The notes beneath the pieces are model-generated. The model made no database searches, was not told the origin of the DNA, and was given only the letters and a program-made list of their open reading frames with translations. Both the position numbers and the translations under genes were made by a program. Shown in pieces: positions 52,861-63,229 of a DNA stretch of 64,000 nucleotides. The stretch comes from Zancudomyces culisetae HAW-14-8. Its lineage: Eukaryota > Fungi > Kickxellomycota. The DNA is taken from the NCBI GenBank assembly GCA_052426225.1, contig JBNJNM010000010.1, positions 372,001 to 436,000 on the forward strand. Reading direction: 5' to 3'. Within the stretch, counting starts at the first letter, position 1, and every line of letters starts with the position of its first letter.

Positions 52861-54302
52861 ATGTTATTTTTGTCTTTTTTTTTTCTTGGATCACTTGCGC
52901 AAGAGGTGGTTGCTATAACCTCATAGAACGTGGTTTTTACCAAGTGTTAATAGAAAATGTGCACTCAAGTATATCTCGAGGTAATGCAAAACGATTCACA
53001 ATATAGTGGTATTTTTCGATACATCAGACTAATCAAACAACTGTGAGTGGAATAAACACATAGAAAACCCTATTAATTGGCCAATGATGTCAACATATTT
53101 ATATTTGCGCAATTTTTGGTACTGATTGCGTATGTTTGCATAGGCGGCTCAAATATTTTCACTCGATTTTTATTTGGCACGCATTTTTTTTACTAGGAGC
53201 TGCGAGAAAATGGAGCTGATTGAGCGGTTATTGTCGAAAAGATATAGTATAATTGCATCAATATGTAAAATAAAAAATACTCCAAGTTTTTAACCAGTAA
53301 TTCCCATCTAAGCTGTTTCATCAAAGAACACAGTGATGCCTGCTCAACAACCCCTCTCCCCTCCTGACTCATGAGAAGTCTGGGATTGAACTCCAGAAAT
53401 CAGATGTTAAAGGCGAGTAAGTTCGCATTATTGTCTCGCTGCTTTTTTACAAGGAGGAATGGGAGTTGTATTTTTACGCTTCATCTATTTGGGGGGATTC
53501 GGGAGCCCACGTTGGTGAGCGAATCTATCGTTTTCGCCAACTTTTCGCCCAGAGATGAGTGTAAAGAATCTGTATGGAGCAAAAAAAAATTTTTTTTTTT
53601 GAAATAGCCGTAGAGAAAGCACATTTGTTAAGGGATAAAGGTATTTGGGTTCATAAATAAAGTTGGTATTCACGTAAACTGTATGTAATGCATCTGTCGC
53701 TCCCCGGTTATTCTCTTTGCTTTACATGTGAACCTTCTTGGTATTTTCCCTTCTCACTTGGAAGGAGAAAAGGTGATTTGAAATGCATACCTCTAAGGCA
53801 TAAAAAAACTGATTAGTAATGAGATCAAATGAGGTGTAAATAGCGAAAGATGATGAATATATTTTTAATGCTCCAATTGCGTAATTTTTTTATGTGATTA
53901 CAAATCAAAAAAAATTTATCAGCACAGGTTTAATCGCAACTATGGAAGCAGAGACTAGGCGGAGAAAAAGAAGGATAGAGCACATGGTGCCATCTGTTTT
54001 CATGCATAGTCTATTTGGTGCAACAATTGGGCAGAAATGTAATGGATTAGAATATGCTCAATATATAGACAAAAGTCATTGTAAAGCTGATTAATCACTG
54101 AATATGCTTGGCGTATTTCCAGGGAATAGGCGATGGAAGTTTATCGTATACAGCCACTTAATTTTCAGATGGCTTGGTGAGTTTGAGTCTTATCCAATAC
54201 CAGCACTATATTGGTACAACCTGATGAATCCATAAGAGCATATGATTGTGCGCTAAATAGTGCTGTTTTATTAAAAATACAAAATGGAAAATGAAAAAAA
54301 AA

Positions 54303-57125
54303 TCAAAGGCCAACATTAAATGGAGTATTGTTTACAAGTGCATGGATCGTCAGCACTGTGTTGCCAATAGCCACATCGATGTTCACATCATTAGTTGTCG
54401 ATATTTTACCGCCTATATACTCTCGTATTATTTTCCAGATGTAATTAGAGTCGCCTGGCTTGATTGGAATTCGAGGCGTCGTTACAGGAGTATTGTAAAC
54501 AAGCAAAACTGCTTTCTCTAGATCCAATGTTCCGTCGCTTTTGTAATGTCTAAAGTCTTTGGATGCAGTACCAATTGCAGTGCCGTTATACATGGTTGTG
54601 CACATAACTGAGAGTATTCTTATTGGAAAGTTATTTCCAGAAGCTGGGTTTACCACTGTCGCTTGCACGGTCATTGAAAATAGTCGCAGTGCAACTGATT
54701 GGACTATAGGTGTTGGAAAAAGGGGTCTAGAGTTCACCGCAGAATTGGAGCTAGGGCTGAGCTTGGAATTCAAGTCGAAACTTGAGCCCTCAATGTCGCC
54801 TAGATGTATAGAATAAGGAATATCGATATGTCGCAAGGCCATTTCTATCGGTGCTACAGATGAGCAGGATTTGTAACCTCTGATATCAATATTTGTTTGA
54901 TTCCCGGATGATAGTGTATATATAAAGTCCCTGAAAAGCGGCGAGTTGTTATAGTGATATAGTGTGATATCAAATGTAATTAGCGATTTCTCCCCTCTTT
55001 TTAAAAATGAATCAACAATACCAACTCGAAATAGCCTACTATTGTTGTGGTAGATCTCAACAAACGCATCGCTTAAATATCCTGAAAAAATAGTATCGTT
55101 GATTATTTCCACATCTATTTGTGTATTAACGATATCATTTGTTGACTCGAGTATTTCTATACGTTGAATCTGTGGTTGTAGTCCTTCGATAGAATCTTCT
55201 CCAGAACTTGGTGGTTTTCCAAAATAATAAAGAACTGGAAAATTAATCGCAGTGGTATACACCTGGATGACACCTCCTAGGAGTTGGATGGTAACGCTTC
55301 CTTCTCCAACCAAGTAGCCTGTCAAAGTTTTTGAAATTATTGTAGCCTCAAACCATTTTTCGACACGACTCAAAGTATCATCTTCTTTATTGAATTCCAC
55401 CTTTAAATTAGAAAGATTGAATTCAGTTTCAAGCGATCCATTTTTCCAGCTGCTGATAATGGGGACTTCTGTATGCGGAATATTTGCTAGTTCAAACATT
55501 ATTCGATTATCAGGAGAATCTATTGGATTCGACAAGCCCATAAAAGTGAAGGATCCAGCCAACCTTTTGACCTTTATTGATGAATTTATCAAACCCCCAA
55601 ATGGAAACCGTATTGATGCCGACCCGCTCGCACCAAACTCGGGTTCAAAGCCATTGTTAACTTTTCCATCAAATACTCCGCTAATAGATTTCAAGTCAAA
55701 CTTTGGCATTGTTACGTTTATCGGGGTTTTATGAATACTTTCTTCGAGTATGTGTGTGTCCATATTTATTGATACATTTTCGACAACACCCACTATCCAC
55801 GATGGTGGTACTTCAAGTTCTTTATCGTTACTTTCTGTGTATGGTACGTCCGAAAAGCTTGGTGGTGGAAATGTGAAAAAATCCGATAATGCTTCGCCCC
55901 TGATACGAAAATCAGTAGGCTTTTTGCTTAGGACCATACTTAAAAATTCACCAATAGTCATTTCATGTAACACATTTCGTATAGGCTCGACCTTACCCCA
56001 TACACAAACACTTGCTGTCTTTAATCCGTAGCTTATATTTGTGGTAACAATGGATAGTAGTTTTTGGTCTTTGTAGTGCATACCGAATCGCATTGGAGGT
56101 AGCTCAACCTGCTGTTCCTGTCCAAAACTATGTCCTATTTCACCACAAACCTTTACTATCAATCCTAGATCTCCCTCATCTTCATAGGGTCCTTTGGTTT
56201 CATTAATGGTAAAGGTACTAAACTCGCTTGGTAGTTTTGCATCTACCACTTGAGTTACATGGATCTTTTCTATTTGCATACCTCCTACCTTCAACGAAAA
56301 GACACCTTTCGCCTTCACTTTTGGAAATCTGTTCGTATTTTTATTCAATGCAGCTTCGATTGTGCTGCTTATGAACCGGCTTAACACCCTTTGATCAGCC
56401 AGTTTAAATTCACTTTTTACACTTAAATCATTTCTGTATTTAGCTAGCTTTATTTTTCCAAACTCAATAGACCCAATACGATCATTATCTGCATTGATTG
56501 AGTAGCTATATAGGTCAAATGTCTTGGCTTCAGAATCATTGATATCGATTGCAAATAGTTCTAGCCTTTCAAATTCTATTTCCAAATCCAAAAAGGAAGG
56601 AATGGGAATCTCAACATCAGCCTTTACTATCACACCATCGTTCGTGATATTGAGAATGTTAATATCCTTTAACTCCACCTTAACCCTGCTTGCGACTTGT
56701 CCGATTAATGGCGGCACTAGAAAAAACCACACAAATGCGCCAAAAAGAACCATCATTACCACATATTTGATTGTTTTTCCAATGCCAGCTCGCGTGTTGC
56801 TGTGTTTAGTAGAATCGTTTCCAGCAATATAAAAGCCATCAGGATTAACATCACCACTGCCACCACTGCCACCACCACTGTTCTTATTACCACCATAGTT
56901 ACTACGCTCAGACACGCTGTCAATTGATGCAGTATCGGAGTCAGTGTCTCCAAAACTAAATAATAGAGGATCAGTTTCGTTGAACTGCTTCCTTGTATGT
57001 TCCTGGCTTATGCGTACACTAGAAAACAAACTTCTTTCATCGTCAGAGGCTGTTGAGGTGCTGGATCTATTCTCCGCCATGTTAGCATAGGCCTGGTCCT
57101 TACTATCCTTTGTGCTGTTCTTCAT
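54303..57125 (-). CDS. Single-pass membrane protein with repeated LEA2/DUF3712-like beta domains (Tag1-like, probably vacuolar), 940 aa
   Basis: Cytosolic acidic N-tail with the dileucine signal ETDPLL, one TM (YVVMMVLFGAFVWFFLVPPLI), then long beta-rich luminal repeats with many NxS/T sequons. Family assignment is from architecture only. Confidence 0.65.
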   Translation of the reverse strand: MKNSTKDSKDQAYANMAENRSSTSTASDDERSLFSSVRISQEHTRKQFNETDPLLFSFGDTDSDTASIDSVSERSNYGGNKNSGGGSGGSGDVNPDGFYIAGNDSTKHSNTRAGIGKTIKYVVMMVLFGAFVWFFLVPPLIGQVASRVKVELKDINILNITNDGVIVKADVEIPIPSFLDLEIEFERLELFAIDINDSEAKTFDLYSYSINADNDRIGSIEFGKIKLAKYRNDLSVKSEFKLADQRVLSRFISSTIEAALNKNTNRFPKVKAKGVFSLKVGGMQIEKIHVTQVVDAKLPSEFSTFTINETKGPYEDEGDLGLIVKVCGEIGHSFGQEQQVELPPMRFGMHYKDQKLLSIVTTNISYGLKTASVCVWGKVEPIRNVLHEMTIGEFLSMVLSKKPTDFRIRGEALSDFFTFPPPSFSDVPYTESNDKELEVPPSWIVGVVENVSINMDTHILEESIHKTPINVTMPKFDLKSISGVFDGKVNNGFEPEFGASGSASIRFPFGGLINSSIKVKRLAGSFTFMGLSNPIDSPDNRIMFELANIPHTEVPIISSWKNGSLETEFNLSNLKVEFNKEDDTLSRVEKWFEATIISKTLTGYLVGEGSVTIQLLGGVIQVYTTAINFPVLYYFGKPPSSGEDSIEGLQPQIQRIEILESTNDIVNTQIDVEIINDTIFSGYLSDAFVEIYHNNSRLFRVGIVDSFLKRGEKSLITFDITLYHYNNSPLFRDFIYTLSSGNQTNIDIRGYKSCSSVAPIEMALRHIDIPYSIHLGDIEGSSFDLNSKLSPSSNSAVNSRPLFPTPIVQSVALRLFSMTVQATVVNPASGNNFPIRILSVMCTTMYNGTAIGTASKDFRHYKSDGTLDLEKAVLLVYNTPVTTPRIPIKPGDSNYIWKIIREYIGGKISTTNDVNIDVAIGNTVLTIHALVNNTPFNVGL

Positions 57126-59021
57126 TTTTAAATACTTTTCAAAGGTCTTGAAGTTTTATTTATGTCTCTATCTAATACTTTCTTGTTTTATACAGAAAAA
57201 AAGAAAGCCATTCACCATGCGAACTTTATATGAATTTATGCTATGCGCTTCTAGAATAAAATTGCGATACTTTGTGTTGAGGCGTTAGCCGAATTGGATC
57301 TCCAAATCCCAAATCTTTGGTACTTTATTTTCAATTCACACTGTTGATTGTTTCTATTACTATATTTGCATAAAGTATTTCTTGTTTAGTTTTACCCTAC
57401 TTTATTAAATATATTCGCTTTTTAAAAGATTTGGCAATTACAAATTTTAATGCTCTAAAAGTCAGTCAATGCTTGTTTTATGTGGTTTACTTGGTAAATC
57501 CATCAATGTCAAGAATAAAAATAACCGGCCAGTTAATGCACTCAAAAAGATCCAGCAAAAAAAAAAGCAAAAAAAAAACGTGGATTTTTTGAGCATGAAA
57601 ATAAGCTTTCTCCTAACTCCTCCAAAACATAACCCTAAGCCCTTGTGGTCCAATGATTAAAATACAATATTCACGTGAACAATGGAGATGATGTGGAATT
57701 GGAACCATCAACTCACGCTGGAGGTCAGTTTATTTGCGGGGAGGGAATGGAAGGAAGGTGCAAAGGTTGATAAATTGACAGAAAAGTATTTCGCTTTGCT
57801 TTGGCTTGTCAGGCGGGAATAATCATTTTATAGTATTCTCCGTCAAACAATACTGGGTTGGATAATATCCCCATCAGTGTTCCCAATTTAGCAGCAGCGA
57901 CAGTAGTAAAAAGAAAGAAAAGGTTCACATTTTACGAAATTCAATTTCTATTTTTTGTACACTTGGGAAAACCAAAAAACCAAATATACTTGGAATGAAT
58001 TGGCAAAAAAGCGCAAAACATTGGTGGGTAATTGTATTTATTTTGCAAGGGATAGGTATCTTTAAAATAGAAATAGAAATAAAAAGTACTCACACATGTA
58101 CATAAACACATGCATATAGAGAGTGTGGTGCTGGGTATCTTGTGATGGCACTTATGGGTCTAGAAAATGTAGAATGTTGAGATTTTTGAATTTTTATCAA
58201 TGATGGTGCATATACTATTGTAGAGAAAACCGATATAAAGACATACTAGTGTAAAAAACTCTTTCATTTTATCTTTTATTTCTTATCTTCCACCATTCTC
58301 TTTTTTCTGCTGAAACAATTATGATTAAATCTTTGGAAAAGGGAGGATGGTGAAAATAGTCATATAAAAATTTGATGCATCATCTCACATACAAGCACCA
58401 CTACAAGCAAGGGTTTGAAAGCTTTGCCAGAACGGATTATAAATAAGAATCTGGAATTGACGTAGTTGCTATTCTTACTAAACACTGAGTTGTATCTTAC
58501 AATCACATACTATTCCAACATAATCCAGTTTTCGAAATAGAGATAGATGAGTAAGATGCTGTTTAATACAGAGCAAAGTGGATATGATAATCTGTTCCCA
58601 GTGATAGTATTAGGAAAATGGTAGTTGGGACTGGGCCAACAATGAATTTTAGATTACGCGTGCCACTAACTTGCTATGAATTAAATAAGGTGTTTTTTTT
58701 TTCATTACTTTTGCTTCTCTTTATTTACGTGTCTCGTAATTTCATTGTAAACTGTAAATATTGGCAAATGAAATCAGCAAGTTCGTGCTTATGTAAATAA
58801 AAATTTTTTTTTGGAGTTAACGTTCATAGAATTCTTCTATATGTATTTTTTTTATTAAGTGAAGAGTTGTAGAAAAAGTCGAAAAATGCCAAATCTGCAG
58901 TAAGAGGTGAAACTAAAGCAGCAATCAAAATTGGAGGCATATTTGTAAGGGTATAGAAAAGGCAAATAGAGGTGTTCCATTGAAAGCGGTATAACGATAT
59001 ATAGTATTAACATCCAAAAAG

Positions 59022-60967
59022 ATGGAGGAAACAACGTAAGTAAAGTGTCAATATCATTGCAAAAACGTTGCAAAACAGGATAGACAACTAATAATACTAA
59101 AACTAATAATACTAATATTGCTGATAATAACGGATATAATAGAACAAAAGTGAAATACTATGGTGTTACACCACCAATCTCTCTAAAGGGTCCCACAGAT
59201 GAAGAAATTGAACAAACCGAACGGATGATAAAATACTTGCAAGATGCAGGGCAATTCGAAGATGAAAAAGCAATTAGAAATAGAGAAATCGTGTTGGGAC
59301 AACTCGACAAAAAAGTGCAAGAATTTGTATATAAAGCATCACTAAAAGCAGGAAAAAGTGAAAAGGAAGCACGAGAATGTCGAGGAAAGATATATACATT
59401 CGGATCATACCGGCTAGGAGTTCATGGGGTCGGAGGAGATATTGATACATTGTGTGTGGTTCCCGGACATGTGAAGCGGGAAGATTTTTTTTCGATAATG
59501 CAAGATCTACTAAAAGATACAAAGGAAGTGAAGAAAATGACAGCAGTGCCAGAGGCGTTTGTACCAGTAATAAAGATGGAGTATGGAGGAGTTCCGATAG
59601 ATCTGACGTTTGCGAATCTGCAATTGCCAACAATACCAGAGGATTTTAGTTTGTTGAATAATGCAATCTTGAAAAACATCGACGAGCAATGTATAAGAAG
59701 TGTCAACGGGCCAAGAGTAACAGACGAAATTCTGCAATTGGTACCTGATGTCAAGACGTTTCGAATGGCTTTGAAATGTATAAAACTTTGGGCAAAGAAG
59801 CGGGGGATATATTCAAACTCTATGGGGTTTTTTGGAGGAGTGGTGTGGGCAATGTTGGTGGCGCGAGTATGCCAGCTATACCCAAATGCAGCAAGTGGAA
59901 CGATTGTATCCAAGTTTTTCCGAATTATGTACCAATGGAAGTGGCCGCAGCCTGTATTGCTGAAACAGCTTGAGGATGGAAATTTGGGGCTTCGAGTGTG
60001 GAATCCAAATCTGTACAGTCAAGATCGGTCGCATAAAATGCCGGTGATAACGCCAGCATACCCGTCAATGTGTGCAACACACAATGTATCACAATCGACG
60101 TATACAATAATGATAGGAGAATTTCAACGGGGCTTTAAAACAGTAGATGCGATATTTGCAGGCACAGCACAATGGGGTGAATTATATGAGGAAATAGACT
60201 TTTTCTACAAATACCGATCTTATTTACAGATAGTGGTTAGTAGCGACTGTAGAGATACCCAGCATAAATTACACGGGTTACTGGAGTCACGATTGAGGTT
60301 CCTGGTAATGAAAATCGAATCAATAGAAAACGTAGTTTTGGCGCATCCGTACATCGAAAGCTTTGAGCATGTGTTTTCGTGCAAAGGCGAGCACAACTTT
60401 GCGCAGTTGCGGCATGGTTTGTTTCCAGAGAACCTAGTGGGCCAAAAAATAAACATTGGTGATAACGATGGCGATTCAGACGATGAGGAGTCTGTAGTAT
60501 ATGTACCAGAGCTGCAACCAGACGAAGCTGGGGGTAGCCCAAATCAACAAGAACGGACTTTGCTGCACACCAGCTCGTTCTTTGTAGGAATTTTGATTGC
60601 AGAGAAAAAACCGAATACAACCGCTGGCGTCAACAACGGCAAGCGCGTGATAGATTTGTCGTGGCCTGCTCGGGATTTCCTGGAGCTGATTAAACAAACC
60701 GAATTATTTAATTCAGCAAATATGAACATAAACATTAGATTTTTCAGAAACTACGAGCTGCCAAGTTATGCCTTTAGAGGATCTGACCTGCGCGTTTTCA
60801 TTTCAAAAAAGAAAAAACGTCCATTTGCCCAGTCATCGGCCAACGCCAATGATGGTAATGATGACAGTGCTGAAAACCTTCCTAAACAGATCAAACTCGT
60901 CAATTCAAATCCAAATACCACCAATCCTATCAGCAGTGGTGGAAATGGCGATGTAATTGGAAATTAG
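59022..60967 (+). CDS. PAP1: Canonical nuclear poly(A) polymerase; exons 59022..59035 and 59143..60967
   Basis: YGVTPPIS, FGSYRLGVHGVGGDIDTLCV (catalytic DxD), IRSVNGPRVTDEIL, IKLWAKKRGIYSN, WKWPQPVLL and HKMPVITPAYPSMCATHNV. A 14-nt first exon (ATGGAGGAAACAAC|GTAAGT) supplies the ATG, giving MEETTTKVKYYG. Confidence 0.96.
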
Positions 60968-61135
60968 CTTATTATCGATTATTGTCTTGAACTTTTATTT
61001 TTTTTTCATTCTTCCATATTGGCATTTGTATTTGTTTTTTTATTCTTTATTGTTTACAAAATATTTATAAAGATAGCGTAAATAACATTTAATGAAACCA
61101 ATACCTAAACCCAGACCGCAATAGCATGCCTAGGT

Positions 61136-61946
61136 TTATATTTTTACTTTTTTCCTATCTCTCTCTGTCTCTCTGTCTCTATCTCTGTCTCTCTCTCTAT
61201 TTCTGTCTCTGTCTCTATCTCTGTCTCTATCTCGATCTCTATCCCTGTTTCTATCACGATCTTTCCCTCTTTCTCTGTCCCTATCTCTATCTCTGTCCCG
61301 ATCCCGATCCCTGTCTCTATCCCTGTCTCTGTCTCTATCTCTGTCTCTATCTCTGTCTCTGTCTCTATCTCTTTCCCTATCCCTGTCTCTACCGGGTCTA
61401 TATTCGTACCTTTCTCGACTTCTATGTGAAGATCTTCTATACCCATCCTCTCTTTCCCGCGATCGCTTACGACTTCCACCGTACCTATCTCCCGCTCTAC
61501 CTCCTCCGCTTCCTCCACCTACACCACCCACACCACCGCCTTCAGCTCCTACTGCTCCACTATTTTCTGGGTTTACTCGATTTGGATCAAATCTTCCCGA
61601 GTACGTATGATTTACCGCTGTGCCTCCAAGCCTTGTTCCTCCCAGTCCTCCCCCTAGCCTTCTTGGCTTCCAGCCTTTGACTGTTCTACCTCGTTCCACA
61701 TCAACTACTACTCGTCTTCCCATTATCTTTGCGCCGTCTGCCATATGATATGCATCCCTCATATCTCGTTCATCTTCGTATTCGATAAACGCATATCCCC
61801 GATGTTTGTCCCCCTCAGCTTTTTGCACTAACTTTACCGATTTCAGCCGACCATATCTCTCAAACTCCTTAGCAATATCCTTTTCTGTAGCCTCATAGCT
61901 CTATAATTGTTTTTTTTGTAAATACGTATATTAGCATTCGGATTTT

Positions 61947-62002
<56 letters not shown>

Positions 62003-62734
62003 CACATTTACTTTATTTAGGTTTCATTTTTATTTTCTTTTTGGTTGTGATATATTAGAGCCTTATGAATACTACTTACTATTCTTGACACTATCAGTGT
62101 TTTATATGGATCCTCTGTAGCTTTGTCGTTCTCCATTGGACTCCCTATTTTTCCAAACATTGTTATCTCGTTTTAAACAATCTCAATACTAATTATATCA
62201 CTCGATTCTCATATTAATACAAGTGATGAAGAAATTACCAAGTAAATGTACTTACATTCCTGTAACTGTCTTTCGAAGTTTTGCTTTACTTTTTCCTGCC
62301 TTTCGTTATTCTAATATAGTCATCATCATAATGTTATTAGTTCTACCGCTGATGTTGTCATTACAAGAAAAAAAAAGTTTCACCCTGTATTATATTAATA
62401 ATTCCAAACTCCAACTCCAACCCCAATCTAAACTCCTCGCTCATGCTAATCCTCATCCTCATCTGAATCGTTATTTTCACTTATTACAGGATCATTATAA
62501 ACAAGCGGTAGGAAAATAAAATAAACTTACAATCCGCTCCTTTTTCTGTACGGGAACTTCGGTAGTTGGTAGTTCAGCTATTTCATTTTGTTTCAGAATC
62601 GATAAATACTCGCTTATTCCCGAAACCTGTGGACCTTTCCGCTCGTTAAATGCTCGATCTATCGGTTCGATATGTGGCAATGGCGGTCTTGGTGCAAACA
62701 AACTCTGCAAATCTGGTGGTAATTTTACCGACAT
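61136..62734 (-). CDS. SNP1: U1 snRNP 70 kDa protein; exons 62531..62734, 62256..62310, 62080..62144, 61136..61900
   Basis: [34 protein letters not shown]|SYEATE, RNP1 [33 protein letters not shown] and an Arg-Asp repeat tail. Three GTAAGT..TAG introns, in frame. Confidence 0.96.
61948..62001. repeat. (CA)27 microsatellite, read as (UG)27 in U1-70K intron 3
   Basis: Directly visible; lies just upstream of the GCTAAT branch-point-like motif on the minus strand. Confidence 0.95.
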
Positions 62735-63229
62735 TTATTCAATCTATTATTTGTTTTTTTTACTTTATATCTTTTTCAAAAAAAAAATAAAACAGAACAA
62801 AAACCTAGAATTAAAGCGAAATGTGTATTATCAATTCGTTTTTTCATACACCCTTTTGCTTTGAAAATACAAAGTAGACTGTTATTGTTTTATTTTCTTT
62901 ATTTTCTTTTGCTGATTCACAAAGTGCTGACTATTTCCTCATTTTTTTCGTATACACCAAAATCTAAATAATAATAAAATAAAAAAATTTTAAATAAATA
63001 TCAACCAACAGAATCATTAACCTCACAGGATTTACCTTGGTTTTTATTTAAAACTAAACTTTGTAAGGAAAAAGAAAAAGACTTATGTGGCAAAGCGCTA
63101 AGCTTTTTAATTTATAACTAATATATACATCTGGCGTACTAACAGGTTCATACTAATAACCTACTCACAGCTAGTTGAGGAGGAGAGTGAGGATAAGAAA
63201 ATTAAAAAAAACACCTTTCATAAACCCGC

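Noticed and set aside
53371-53400. RNase P CR-I-like GAGAAGTCTGGGA
   Set aside because: No downstream CR-V (CAGACTA) partner; the only such word is upstream at ~53025.
54222-54260. CTGATGA hammerhead core
   Set aside because: No GAAA after a stem II.
61126-61680. Cys/Leu/Tyr-rich plus-strand ORF and EI-repeat ORF
   Set aside because: Antisense and alternative frames of the U1-70K Arg-Asp repeat.
62465-62485. GAAAATAACGATTC (minus strand), matching a stretch of U12 snRNA as I recall it
   Set aside because: The branch-recognition GUAAGGA, the U12 5' end and an Sm site are absent; probably chance in AT-rich sequence.
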